From positions 267,587-331,586 of the forward strand of contig CAZNEE010000001.1 in NCBI GenBank assembly GCA_964572255.1: a stretch of 64,000 nt of DNA. The letters run 5' to 3'. Numbering within the stretch: the stretch's first letter is position 1; each line of letters starts with the position of its first letter. Below the pieces are notes generated by a model, which was given only the letters and a program-made list of their open reading frames with translations, was not told the DNA's origin and ran no database searches. The position numbers were made by a program, and so were the translations under genes. This stretch comes from an uncultured Planctomycetia bacterium (GTDB taxonomy: Bacteria; Omnitrophota; Gorgyraeia; Tantalellales; Tantalellaceae). Shown here piece by piece: positions 1 through 10,005 of the stretch.

Positions 1-452
1 AGTTTCGCGAAGGAGATGGGAGTTCTTGGTCTCAGAACTCTTCTTATGGCACAAGTAAAGAGATTTCTGCCAAATATAGCGAAAAATGGAGAGAAGTTCT
101 GAATGAAGACCAAATAAAACTTATAGAGATGTTGTGTTGCCATGAAATGAAATTATTTGGATATGATCCTATTAATGAAGGTGTGGACATATTGTCAGAG
201 AAATATGTCTACGATCCTCTTATCGTTAAGCAGGAAGAACTAGCGGAATGGATCAAACAATATTCGGACACACGACCTATTTTTAATTTAATAGAAATGT
301 CTAAAGAATTAGTGAGAAATCGACTTATGCATATGGATGATAATGAGATAGTCCAACTAAAAGCCTCTAATGAAATTATTGAATCATTGTTCATTGATAG
401 ACAATATTTTAATTATGCTAGGAAATCTGTGTTTCAAGAGGAGAAGATATAG
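1..452 (+). CDS. 5'-truncated hypothetical protein; its C-terminal region resembles the C-terminus of sulfotransferase-family proteins
   Basis: The reading frame is open from the window edge to the stop at 450-452 (the ORF track starts at M129, but the upstream frame has no stop). The KWREVLNEDQIKLIEMLCCHEMKLFGY segment resembles sulfotransferase C-termini. Compared from memory only. Confidence 0.3.
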   Translation, partial: FREGDGSSWSQNSSYGTSKEISAKYSEKWREVLNEDQIKLIEMLCCHEMKLFGYDPINEGVDILSEKYVYDPLIVKQEELAEWIKQYSDTRPIFNLIEMSKELVRNRLMHMDDNEIVQLKASNEIIESLFIDRQYFNYARKSVFQEEKI

Positions 453-453
453 T

Positions 454-1746
454 ATGAAGATAATAAAGGAAAAGAATACCACCTTTGATGTAGATGGGAT
501 CAAAGAGTTTATCGAGAAATATGCGATGCTTAACCGAGTTGCTGTTTGTGACGAAACCAATGAGGTAGCCGAGGAGGTCGCCCAAAAACTTGGGGGAGAA
601 ATAATATCAATTCCGTCAGGCACAGAATGTCTTACATGGATTATCCCAAAACGCTGGCAAGTTAAAGAGGCGTATATTGAAACTATGGATGGTAAGAAAA
701 TCGTAGAATTTAAAGATAACCCCCTACATCTTTTTTCTTATTCAATTCCATTCGATGGGATCTTGACAAAAGAAGAGCTCGAAAACCATTTATTTTATGA
801 CAAAGAAAATCCAAAAAACATTCCTTATCATTATTCTTATCAATATGCTTTTGGACAGGAGGGTTGGGGATTTTGTCTTTCTTATGACGAATACAAACAA
901 ATGAATGATGAAAAGTATAGAGTTTTTATTGACAGTGACATTGATGACGGCGTTATGAAGATAACTGATTATTATATAAAAGGTGAGAGCGAAGAAACGA
1001 TATTAATAGCGGCACATAATTGCCATCCTGGATTAGTTAATGATGGCTTATCTTCTGTGGCAATTGCTTTGGAGCTATTTAAGTATTTAAAAACAAAAAA
1101 GAACAGATATTCCTATCGTTTGGTTATCGGACCGGAATTTTATGCGGCAGCAGGGTTTTTGGCTAGGGCACAGGATGTAGATAAAATCAAATATGGCATT
1201 TACCTTGATATGCTTGGCAACAATGAACATATGGGGCTTTCTCACTCATTTAAACAGGATACTTATATAGATAAAGTAATGAATAAGACAATTAGTGTTC
1301 ATGATAAAGGTTTTGTTAGTGCTTCTTATAGAGGGCTTAGCGGAAATGATGAGTTTTTTTACGATGGCCCAGATTTTTATATACCTATGGTTTGTTTAGG
1401 TAGATATGATTATTCAGAGTATCATTTAGATTCAGACAATATTGAAAATTGTGATTTTGTAGGACTTGAAAGACATTTTAACTTTTTAAAAGACGTGATC
1501 AGAGTTCTTGAGACTGACTTTGTGCCGGTTAGACAATATAAAGGACCTCTATATCTTAGTCGTTATGGTATCTCTAAGAATACTAAAGCTAATGTATCTC
1601 AAGCTATAGCTTTGGATAAGATACAGATATTAATGGATGGCAGACATTCATGTTTGGAAATAGCGGATAAGCTTGATGTGGAATATGATTTTGTTTATGG
1701 TTTTACGAAAAAACTTTTCGAAAAAGATTTGGTTAAAAAAATATAG
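454..1746 (+). CDS. DUF4910 / M28-peptidase-like domain protein of the kind found in polysaccharide loci
   Basis: The ORF track starts at 370 and overlaps the upstream gene; the in-frame ATG at 454 (MKIIKEK) follows the stop at 452. The AAHNCHPGLVNDGLSSVAIALE motif is typical of the DUF4910 aminopeptidase-like fold. A C-terminal winged-helix-like tail is present. Confidence 0.45.
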   Translation: MKIIKEKNTTFDVDGIKEFIEKYAMLNRVAVCDETNEVAEEVAQKLGGEIISIPSGTECLTWIIPKRWQVKEAYIETMDGKKIVEFKDNPLHLFSYSIPFDGILTKEELENHLFYDKENPKNIPYHYSYQYAFGQEGWGFCLSYDEYKQMNDEKYRVFIDSDIDDGVMKITDYYIKGESEETILIAAHNCHPGLVNDGLSSVAIALELFKYLKTKKNRYSYRLVIGPEFYAAAGFLARAQDVDKIKYGIYLDMLGNNEHMGLSHSFKQDTYIDKVMNKTISVHDKGFVSASYRGLSGNDEFFYDGPDFYIPMVCLGRYDYSEYHLDSDNIENCDFVGLERHFNFLKDVIRVLETDFVPVRQYKGPLYLSRYGISKNTKANVSQAIALDKIQILMDGRHSCLEIADKLDVEYDFVYGFTKKLFEKDLVKKI

Positions 1747-1762
1747 CAACAAAGAATAAAGT

Positions 1763-3238
1763 ATGATCGAAAAAAAGAAGACTATTTTAAAACACTTGCT
1801 TACTTATATGCCGGGTAGATATTTCTCTCAGTTTGTAGGATTTTTTATTGCGTTGTTCATGAAGAGATTTTTGGGGCCGTTTTACGCTGGGGTTTGGGCC
1901 CTATTGCGTGTCATTGAGAGGTATATTCGCTATCTGGAATTAGGGACTCCTGTTTCAGTTTTTTACAAACTTCCCTTTTTTATTGGGCAGGGCAAAAAAG
2001 AGGAAGCAGATGAAGTGAAGAATGTTGTTTTCAGTTTTCTCATGGTCGTTACTTTCATAGCAAGCTTGGGAGTCGCGTCTTATGCATTATGTTTTTCAAA
2101 ACACCTGTCGCATGAGATGTTCTGGGGATTGCTTGCAGTTTCAGTTATTTTAATATGCGAGAGGGTTTATAATTTTTATATTTTGCTTCTCAGGACAAAT
2201 AAAGATTATAACATACTTAGTAAATCGCTTTGCTTTGATGCAATTATCAATCTTTTACTAGTATTATTCGTTGTTAGTAGATTTAAACTATACGGGCTGT
2301 TCGTAGTTGTGATCATTCTTCCGATTTTGAATGTATTATTTATCAGACATTATGTTAAATACAATATTCGGTGGGTATTTAATTGGAGAAAAGCTTTTAC
2401 CTATGTTAAGTTCGGCCTGCCTATGTACTTATCCTCGATCTTATCTATGTTGTTAAATAGTGTAGACAGAATAATGGTGGTAAGTATGCTGGGATTTCAG
2501 CAGTTGGGATTTTATTCTATTGCGGTAATGGCAAAAAGTTATAGCGCACAATTGTCAACAAATTTCAGTCATGTGACAAGTCCTCATTTTATTGAAGATT
2601 TTGGGAAGGGTGACAAGAAAAGATTACCGTTATATGTTGTTGATGGTTCATTTTCAGTTTCTTGTTTTATGGCTATTATCTTAGGGGTTATATTTATATT
2701 TTCATTACCTATAATTAGATTGGTACTACCAGCCTTTGAACCGGGGTTAACGGCTTTAAGGATCTTTTTACTGACAAGTTTTTTTATGAGCCTGGCGTCA
2801 TTTCCTCAAGATTATATTGTAACCAGAGATAAGCAGATAATATTGTTACCTTTTATGTTTATAGCGTTAGCGATCAATGTTGCCTTAAATTATTATTTCA
2901 TTAAATCAGGCTTTGGAATAAACGGGGCAGCTACTGCGACAGCCATATCTTCCGGTTTTTATTTGTTATCCATATTTAGCTACGGCATGAGATATTTTGC
3001 AAATGTAAAGGGTATATTACAGTATATTTTTAAAATTTTTCTTCCATTAATATATCTATTAATAGTTGTTCTATTGCTAGAAAATTTCATAACTTATCCG
3101 GGTATTTGGTTAAATTCTTTTATAAAATCAGGCCTTTTCTTGATCGCGAGTATTGTTGTTGTGTTATTGCTGGAGAAGGAAACAGGGCTAGTCAGGATAT
3201 TAATAGGTTTACTTAAGGAAAAATTTAGTAGGAGCTGA
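1763..3238 (+). CDS. Wzx-like oligosaccharide/polysaccharide flippase (MOP superfamily membrane protein)
   Basis: 491 aa with roughly 12-14 hydrophobic helices. Size and topology match polysaccharide biosynthesis flippases, and the gene sits inside a glycan locus. Confidence 0.6.
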   Translation: MIEKKKTILKHLLTYMPGRYFSQFVGFFIALFMKRFLGPFYAGVWALLRVIERYIRYLELGTPVSVFYKLPFFIGQGKKEEADEVKNVVFSFLMVVTFIASLGVASYALCFSKHLSHEMFWGLLAVSVILICERVYNFYILLLRTNKDYNILSKSLCFDAIINLLLVLFVVSRFKLYGLFVVVIILPILNVLFIRHYVKYNIRWVFNWRKAFTYVKFGLPMYLSSILSMLLNSVDRIMVVSMLGFQQLGFYSIAVMAKSYSAQLSTNFSHVTSPHFIEDFGKGDKKRLPLYVVDGSFSVSCFMAIILGVIFIFSLPIIRLVLPAFEPGLTALRIFLLTSFFMSLASFPQDYIVTRDKQIILLPFMFIALAINVALNYYFIKSGFGINGAATATAISSGFYLLSIFSYGMRYFANVKGILQYIFKIFLPLIYLLIVVLLLENFITYPGIWLNSFIKSGLFLIASIVVVLLLEKETGLVRILIGLLKEKFSRS

Positions 3239-3239
3239 A

Positions 3240-4106
3240 ATGCTTCCCAATGTTTTAGTTATAGGAGCTCAAAAGGCGGCAACATCCTGGATCTATCAGT
3301 GTTTAAAGGAACATCCGGATGTATTTGTTCCTTTTGTCAAAGAACAACATTTTTTTGACCAGAATTATCATGAAGGATTGGAGTGGTATGAAAGGTATTT
3401 TAAAGGATATGGAAGTGAAAAAGCTATATGTGATGTAAGCCCGTCATATCTTAGTAGTGGTATTGCGCCTGAAAGAATAAAGAATGCTTTGGGAGATATA
3501 AAACTGATCGTGTGTTTAAGAAATCCGATTGATAGGGCTTTTTCCCAATATAAGATGCATTTGCGAAAAAAAACAGCTGATAAGCCTTTTGAAGAATTAT
3601 GGAGAAGGGATGAGAAAAGTGAATATGTGCAATTTGGTCGTTACTATACACATTTAGAACAATATTTAGAGTTTTTCCCCAAAGAAAATATATTAGTTTT
3701 AATATATGAAGATATACAAAATGATCCGATTAGCTTTATCCAAAGAATATATAGATTTATAGGCGTTGATGAAAACTTTAAGCCGAAAAGTGCGGATAAA
3801 ATTATTCCTCCCGAAAGCCTGGAATACGGATCATTTTATAAATTTGCAAAGAAATTAACATCTATTATCCGGAAATGGGGTATGGGCTCCCTAGTGGAAG
3901 CTGTTAAAAGATCAAAGGTCCAAGTTCTTTTAGATCGCATAATGATCAGATCTTCTCATGGTGAGAGAATCGATAACAAGGATCAAAAAGATGCAAAAAA
4001 AATGGAAATGGATCCCCAGACAAGGATTGAACTGCGGGAAGTTTTCAGCGATGAGATAAAAAAACTTTCAGAACTTATTGATAGAGACCTGAGTTTTTGG
4101 AAATAA
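3240..4106 (+). CDS. Sulfotransferase family protein (PAPS-dependent)
   Basis: The N-terminal 5'-PSB-like loop VIGAQKAATSW and the 3'-PB-like LRNPIDRAFSQY are present, with sulfotransferase-domain length. Confidence 0.7.
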   Translation: MLPNVLVIGAQKAATSWIYQCLKEHPDVFVPFVKEQHFFDQNYHEGLEWYERYFKGYGSEKAICDVSPSYLSSGIAPERIKNALGDIKLIVCLRNPIDRAFSQYKMHLRKKTADKPFEELWRRDEKSEYVQFGRYYTHLEQYLEFFPKENILVLIYEDIQNDPISFIQRIYRFIGVDENFKPKSADKIIPPESLEYGSFYKFAKKLTSIIRKWGMGSLVEAVKRSKVQVLLDRIMIRSSHGERIDNKDQKDAKKMEMDPQTRIELREVFSDEIKKLSELIDRDLSFWK

Positions 4107-4125
4107 AATGAAGCATGGAGGATAG

Positions 4126-4905
4126 GTGGAAGATATAAAAGAATTAAGAAAGATCTGCCAACTGCCGAGGAAGGCGTACGATACATGGTATGGTTTAAAT
4201 GTGTGCAGGAAAATTTCCATATACATAACAAGGGTTATACTTCCTTTTGGGGTTTCAGCTGATTTTGTTACTTTAATTTTCTTGGCAGTAGGTGTTTTAG
4301 CTTGTTTTTTCTTTGCAATAGGAACGAAGTTGTCTTTTTTAATTGGGATAATCGTTTTACAGCTATGGTACGTGTTGGATCACGTTGATGGAGAGGTTGC
4401 CAGGTACAGAAAATCTTCGTCTATTACCGGTGTATATTTTGATAAATTTGCTCATTACCTTGTACATCCGTCTGTTTTCTTCTGTCTGGGGTGGGGCGCA
4501 TATAAAAGTATGGGCATTCAATATGCTGTTATAGTTGGGTATATATCCGGGATCTCGAATATTTTAATATCTGCCACTGAGGATCTAAAGGAATCGACGA
4601 TTTTATCCAAGCTTATTAGAGATGGAAATACTGTGAATTTTGGTAAGGAAGAAGGGAAGAAGCCTGGCGAAGAAAAAAGTATTATCAAAATATTATTTTC
4701 AAGTATTCATAAGATATGTATTTTCCCGCAAGCGATGAACATAATTTCTTTAGCGGTTATACTTAATATATTAGGTTTCAAAAAAATTATTTTATGGGTT
4801 TTGTTTGTTTATGCGATACTCATGACATTGGTGTGGACTACCAGATTGATGCAGTTCGTACGCACAAAAAGGATAGATGCGGAATTGGGAGGATTATTAA
4901 AATGA
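4126..4905 (+). CDS. CDP-alcohol phosphatidyltransferase family membrane protein
   Basis: DHVDGEVAR...G...D matches the D-x2-D-G-x2-A-R core of the CDP-OH phosphotransferase motif. Several TM helices. RBS GGAGGATAGGTGG lies upstream. Confidence 0.55.
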   Translation: MEDIKELRKICQLPRKAYDTWYGLNVCRKISIYITRVILPFGVSADFVTLIFLAVGVLACFFFAIGTKLSFLIGIIVLQLWYVLDHVDGEVARYRKSSSITGVYFDKFAHYLVHPSVFFCLGWGAYKSMGIQYAVIVGYISGISNILISATEDLKESTILSKLIRDGNTVNFGKEEGKKPGEEKSIIKILFSSIHKICIFPQAMNIISLAVILNILGFKKIILWVLFVYAILMTLVWTTRLMQFVRTKRIDAELGGLLK

Positions 4906-5651
4906 TCATGCGCAGCAAGAGGGAAGAATTCTGGAAAACGCGGTCAAAAAATTATGAAAACCTGGAATGGGCAATAAAGGGCGGATATCTTCACGCTTTT
5001 CTGGATGCCGGGAGTTTCCATCCAGGGGATCATGTCCTGGATATAGGGACAGGTACGGGTATAATCAGCCATACAATTTCACCTTTCGTGGAAAAGGTTA
5101 TAGGAATAGATATTTCAGAGGATATGTTATCTCACGCTTTCGATCACAGGACTGACAATGAAGAGTTCTTAAAGATGGATGCTACTAATTTAGAATTTCA
5201 AGATGGGATTTTTTCCAAAGTAACAGCACGTATGGTTTTTCATCATATTCTCGATAATACGCAAAAAGCCATGGATGAATGTTACAGGGTTCTTAAACCC
5301 GGCGGTCAAATGATCTTTTCAGAAGGAGTGCCGCCGTCTGAAAATGTTAAACAGTTTTATACTGATATGTTCAAATTGAAGGAAGAGAGACTTACGTTCA
5401 TGGACAGCGATCTGATCGCGATCATGAGAAATGCCGGTTTTAAGAACATACAAGAAATCGTGTATTGGTCCAGAAAGTCAAGCATAAGAAATTGGCTGAT
5501 CAATTCCGGATTATCCGAAGACACGCAGGAAAACATTTTCAATATGCATCTTGAGCTTGAAGAAAAGGGTAAGCGCGATTATAACATGATCATTGAGAAC
5601 GGGGATTGTTTCATTGATATGAAATTTGTGATATTAGTTGGTGAAAAATGA
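4902..5651 (+). CDS. Class I SAM-dependent methyltransferase
   Basis: Start adjusted to the ATG that overlaps the upstream stop (ATGA). Motif I VLDIGTGTGIIS, plus LKPGG. Confidence 0.65.
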   Translation: MIMRSKREEFWKTRSKNYENLEWAIKGGYLHAFLDAGSFHPGDHVLDIGTGTGIISHTISPFVEKVIGIDISEDMLSHAFDHRTDNEEFLKMDATNLEFQDGIFSKVTARMVFHHILDNTQKAMDECYRVLKPGGQMIFSEGVPPSENVKQFYTDMFKLKEERLTFMDSDLIAIMRNAGFKNIQEIVYWSRKSSIRNWLINSGLSEDTQENIFNMHLELEEKGKRDYNMIIENGDCFIDMKFVILVGEK

Positions 5652-6550
5652 GAATAGAAATAATGGTGCTCAATTATAACGGCAAGGAGCTTTTAGCTGA
5701 ATGTTTGCCGAGTTTTGCTGAAGCGGTAAAAAACAGCAAAAACGAATGCACTTTATCCATAGTTGACAATAAAAGTGAGGATGGAAGTGTCGAGTTCTTA
5801 AAAGAGAAGTTCCCAGAATTTAATGTATATGTTACGGATGAGAATAGGGTACTATGTTCATTCAACGAAATGGTGGAGAATTCAAAAGCTGACATATTGA
5901 TCTTGATGAATAACGATATCAAGGTGGATAAGAACTTCATCGATCCGCTTGTTGAGCATTTTACAGATTCAAAAGTTTTTTATGCAGCGCCTAAGGTGCT
6001 TAATTTTGACGGTACGTTTAATGGGGGAAAGTCATACTTAAGCATGAAATATGGTATTATGAAAGTTAATATCGATAAAGAGACTTATGATGAACAGGGG
6101 ATCACTCACACAATAGGATGCGGTGCGTTCAGGAAAGATAATTTTCTAAAATTAGGCGGATACGATCCTATATATCTGCCGGGATACTGGGAAGATACTG
6201 ATATTTGTTACAGGGGATTAAAAGAGGGGTTAAAGGGGATATATGAGCCAAAAAGTATGATCTACCACAAGGAACATTCGAGTTTTTCAAAAAGCTTCTC
6301 ATGGTATAAAAAGATGTCGATAGTAGACAGGAACATGTTCATATTTATGTGGAAAAATATCAGCGATACTGCATTGTGGGCAAAACATATTATATTGGTT
6401 ATACCTCATGTGTTTGCTGCGGCCATTTGCGGAAGGTCACATTTACTTGTAGGATTTTTTAAGGCTTTATTTAAGATCCCTCAAATAATAAAAAGGCGCA
6501 AAGCAGCACAGAAAGTGTTTTCAGTGAAAGATAGAGATATTATTTCATAG
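5648..6550 (+). CDS. Glycosyltransferase family 2
   Basis: GT-A N-terminus (MVLNYNGKELLAECL...SIVDNKSEDGS) with an acidic motif region. ATGA overlap with the upstream gene. Confidence 0.65.
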   Translation: MRIEIMVLNYNGKELLAECLPSFAEAVKNSKNECTLSIVDNKSEDGSVEFLKEKFPEFNVYVTDENRVLCSFNEMVENSKADILILMNNDIKVDKNFIDPLVEHFTDSKVFYAAPKVLNFDGTFNGGKSYLSMKYGIMKVNIDKETYDEQGITHTIGCGAFRKDNFLKLGGYDPIYLPGYWEDTDICYRGLKEGLKGIYEPKSMIYHKEHSSFSKSFSWYKKMSIVDRNMFIFMWKNISDTALWAKHIILVIPHVFAAAICGRSHLLVGFFKALFKIPQIIKRRKAAQKVFSVKDRDIIS

Positions 6551-6564
6551 ATAAAGGGCTAAAA

Positions 6565-7680
6565 TTGAATATTTTATACATTACCAGGAAACATCCTCCT
6601 TCAATAGGGGGGATGCAGACTCAGAGTTATGATTTTTTTGAGGCTATTTCCAAAAAGTCAAACGCTTATATTATATCGTGGGGGCATTCACAGCTTTTTC
6701 TGCCGTTTTTCATGTTATATTGCATGATAAAAGCTGCTGTAATATTAAGCGGGAAAAGAATAGATGTTATTCAGTTAGGCGATTTAGTGCTTTCGCCTGC
6801 AGGGCTTATCCTGAAAACATTGTTTAAAAAGCCTGTGCTTACTGTGTCTCATGGAAAAGATTCAGCGTATAAGGGGTTTCTTTATGAACTTTTTGTTTTA
6901 AAACCTGCAAGAAAATTAGATAGAGTGATATGTGTAAGCGGTTATTTAAAATCAAGGCTATGCACAAGAAACTTTCCGGAAGAAAAGCTAACTGTTATAC
7001 CGAACGGGATATCTCAAGGGAAGAAGGATAGTATAGACATAAGCAAGCAAGGCGCAATAGCAGAACTTGAGTCCAGGTATGGAATTTCTCTTGAGAATAA
7101 AAAGATAATACTTTCCATTTCCAGGCTGGTAGCCAAAAAGGGCATAGAACAGTTCATTAGACAAGTGTTTATAAATATCATCAAGGAAGAAGAGAACGTT
7201 TTGTATTTAGTAGCAGGTGATGGTCCCGAAAAGACAAGTGTAATGAAAGCTGTTAATGATCTGAATCTACAGGAGAAGGTTTTTTTGACCGGATATATTG
7301 AACATAACTCCTATGCATATAAAGCTCTATTTAAGGCAGCTGACGTTTTTATTATGCCGAATATAAGAGTGAAGGGAGATGCCGAAGGATTTGGATTGAC
7401 AGCATTAGAAGCCGCCTCAGCCGTTTTACCTGTTATAGCATATAAGGTTGATGGCATAAGCGAAGCCATTTATACAGGGAAAAATGGCATTTTAATAGAT
7501 GAGGGGGATCACGGCCTGTTTGCCAGCACGCTGATATCCTTCCTGAAAGATACTCCACGGAGTCAGGATTTTGGCAAAGCGGCTCGAGATTATGTTTTTT
7601 CTCATTTTAATTGGAATAAAGTCGCGGATATGTATATTGATGAATATAATTTCATATTGAATAGGAGCAAAAATGTCTGA
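6565..7680 (+). CDS. Glycosyltransferase family 4 (GT-B, group 1)
   Basis: The EGFGLTALEAASAVLPVIA motif and E-x7-E region are typical of GT4. Confidence 0.7.
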   Translation: MNILYITRKHPPSIGGMQTQSYDFFEAISKKSNAYIISWGHSQLFLPFFMLYCMIKAAVILSGKRIDVIQLGDLVLSPAGLILKTLFKKPVLTVSHGKDSAYKGFLYELFVLKPARKLDRVICVSGYLKSRLCTRNFPEEKLTVIPNGISQGKKDSIDISKQGAIAELESRYGISLENKKIILSISRLVAKKGIEQFIRQVFINIIKEEENVLYLVAGDGPEKTSVMKAVNDLNLQEKVFLTGYIEHNSYAYKALFKAADVFIMPNIRVKGDAEGFGLTALEAASAVLPVIAYKVDGISEAIYTGKNGILIDEGDHGLFASTLISFLKDTPRSQDFGKAARDYVFSHFNWNKVADMYIDEYNFILNRSKNV

Positions 7681-9241
7681 AAGATCCAATAAGTATATAT
7701 TAGTTTTTGTGTTTTTTGCGGCTATCTTGAGCCTTTTTTCTACAGGACATTTCGGCGGCGATGGCTTAGCCAACTATTTGACCGCAAAAAGCATGATCGA
7801 GGATCATGATCTAGTTATATTTGATAAACCGTTTGGTGTGACTCAAATGAGATACCATACTCCTTATGAAACCAACAGGGGGACCCAAGGCAGGGAAGGT
7901 AAATATTATTCAAGCTATGGCATGGGTATGCCCATATTATTAATACCGTTTGTTTTTATGGGAAAAATTGTATCATCATTTATTAGCGGAATGGATAGCG
8001 AATATATCATGCAATTTTTCGCATCTTTTGCCAACCCGATTGCGTATTCGTTTATTGCGCTGCTGTTATTTATAATAGTCAAAAGGCTGGGGTATAACGA
8101 TATTATCAGTTTTTTAATTTCAATTATAACGATATTTTGCACCATCAACGTTATATATTCAAGAACCGGCTTTACGGAACCCGCACTTATGCTTTGTCTG
8201 GTCTTGTCTGCTTATTTTTTGTTACTTCATATAAGGAACAGCTCATGGATATATATGTTCTTATCCAGCATGTGTTTTTCTTATGCCTTTTTTATTAAAA
8301 AATATTATTTTATCTATGTTGTGTGCTATCTCATATATAGCTTCATATATTGCAGAGGCAAAAGAAAAACAGATCTTTTGGCCACCGTAGTTGCATTTGC
8401 TATTCCCGTTATTTTATTTATAGCCGCTATTTTATTTTTTAATTATATCAGATTCGGAGGACTTTTAAAAACGGAATACGGCACGATTTCCGAAGTTTTA
8501 CATAGAGCAAGCACCGGTAAGAGATATATAAAAGGTGTATATTATTACTTGTTCAGCAGCGGCAAGGGTTATTTATTCTTTAATGCTTCGCTTTTGTTGG
8601 CGCTTTTCACAATAAAAGACTTCATGAAGAAAAACAAGCTGTTCGGAACGTTCATTTTATCCGTAGTTTTAGTAACTCTTTCTTTTTGGGTCTTTAAATT
8701 CAGCAGAGGTTCATTATTTTCCTGGGGGACCAGATATATTCTTATCACAACTCCTTTTATGGGCATATTTTTGGCAGAATTTTTACACCAGGCAAAAGAC
8801 AAATTCAGGCGAGCCTCAATTATTGTTATTGCATTTTTAGGTTTTATCGTGCAGCTTCCGTGCCTGTTTGTAAATAGTTCCAGGTGGCTTCTTTTTGTTA
8901 AAGAAAAGCTCGCCCAGCAGGAATTCCTCATAAACTTTGTTCCAGACCTAAGCCCTATAAAAGGGTGCTGGGCGTTATTTATATCCATGCTGCACAGGAT
9001 CTTTTTAGGAGAAAGTCTGACTTATGTATATAACCCGGATTATGCTCACGTGCAAAGTATTGAAGCAAGTTTATCCGGATATGATATTTTAGATGTCTGG
9101 TGGGCGCATGTTATAAATCTGCATCAGGATCTCAGAATATTTGTCATAGCATCGGTATTGCTTATACTCAGCTTAATAGCATTTTTGTTATTCAGGATCA
9201 ATTTATGGCTTAAAAAATGCAGTTTGGAGCAGGACTTATAA
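7673..9241 (+). CDS. Polytopic membrane protein, possible GT-C-fold glycosyltransferase (ArnT/PMT-like)
   Basis: 522 aa with about 12 TM helices. The first periplasmic loop carries acidic residues (MIEDHD). It is located in the glycan cluster next to DPM1-like GT2 genes. Confidence 0.35.
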   Translation: MSERSNKYILVFVFFAAILSLFSTGHFGGDGLANYLTAKSMIEDHDLVIFDKPFGVTQMRYHTPYETNRGTQGREGKYYSSYGMGMPILLIPFVFMGKIVSSFISGMDSEYIMQFFASFANPIAYSFIALLLFIIVKRLGYNDIISFLISIITIFCTINVIYSRTGFTEPALMLCLVLSAYFLLLHIRNSSWIYMFLSSMCFSYAFFIKKYYFIYVVCYLIYSFIYCRGKRKTDLLATVVAFAIPVILFIAAILFFNYIRFGGLLKTEYGTISEVLHRASTGKRYIKGVYYYLFSSGKGYLFFNASLLLALFTIKDFMKKNKLFGTFILSVVLVTLSFWVFKFSRGSLFSWGTRYILITTPFMGIFLAEFLHQAKDKFRRASIIVIAFLGFIVQLPCLFVNSSRWLLFVKEKLAQQEFLINFVPDLSPIKGCWALFISMLHRIFLGESLTYVYNPDYAHVQSIEASLSGYDILDVWWAHVINLHQDLRIFVIASVLLILSLIAFLLFRINLWLKKCSLEQDL

Positions 9242-10005
9242 TGTCTGACCGTAATTACCAATATGGGTTTTCCAGTATGCATTCTGATTCAGTCTATGAT
9301 ACCGGCATGCGTAAACAAAAAGCACAAAAAATACTGTCTGTTCTGGACGATTATTATTCTGGCAATCTGGATAACTTGAACTTGATCGATATAGGATGCG
9401 CTTCAGGCATCATGTCGAACATATTAAGTGGCAGATTTGCAAATGTGACGGGTGTAGACATAGACAAAGAAGCCGTTGATTATGCTGTAAAGAATTTCCA
9501 GTCTGATAAACTGCGCTTTAAGATAGCAAGCGGGACAGATCTTGATTTTCCGGACTCATCAATGGATGTTGCTGTTTGCGCGCAGGTATATGAACATGTG
9601 CCTGATCCGGAGAAACTGTTTTCGGAAATATACAGAGTGCTTAAGCCCGGAGGCATATGCTATTTTGCCGCCTTGAACCGCCTGAGGGTAATGGAACCGC
9701 ATTATAGATTGCCCTTTTTGTCGCTTATTCCCAAGCCGGCAGCAGGATTTTATTTAAAAGCCCTTAAAAAGGGAGATTCGTATTACGAAAATCTTTTGAC
9801 CCTATGGCAACTGAAGAATTTAAGCAGGAAATTTGAAATTATAGATTATACGCGAGAGGTCATTAAGGATCCGGAAAAATATAACGCAACAGAGATGCTT
9901 AAACCCGGTTCATTTAAGCATAAACTGGCTGTTCAGGTTTCCCGAAACGCTTACTGGCTTTGCCCGACATATATTTGGCTATTGCGCAAGGGGAAGGCTG
10001 TATGA
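9241..10005 (+). CDS. Class I SAM-dependent methyltransferase
   Basis: Start taken as the ATG that overlaps the upstream stop (TAATG). Motif I LIDIGCASGIMS, plus VLKPGG. Confidence 0.65.
   Translation: MSDRNYQYGFSSMHSDSVYDTGMRKQKAQKILSVLDDYYSGNLDNLNLIDIGCASGIMSNILSGRFANVTGVDIDKEAVDYAVKNFQSDKLRFKIASGTDLDFPDSSMDVAVCAQVYEHVPDPEKLFSEIYRVLKPGGICYFAALNRLRVMEPHYRLPFLSLIPKPAAGFYLKALKKGDSYYENLLTLWQLKNLSRKFEIIDYTREVIKDPEKYNATEMLKPGSFKHKLAVQVSRNAYWLCPTYIWLLRKGKAV

Noticed and set aside
4794-4901. Upstream extensions of ORF-track starts (4794, 370, 9217, 9960, 11614, 13581, 30283, 37211, 39546)
   Set aside because: These N-terminal extensions overlap the preceding gene by 40-110 nt. In-frame ATG/GTG codons located at or right after the upstream stop, often as ATGA overlaps or with an SD, give proteins that begin at conserved N-termini. 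The extensions are artefacts of longest-ORF calling.
8569-8988. Minus-strand ORFs of 60-147 aa scattered through the window (for example 8569-8988, 10992-11420, 43898-44368, 56484-56927, 57146-57589)
   Set aside because: Each is antisense to a conserved + strand gene with no independent support. Treated as shadow ORFs.
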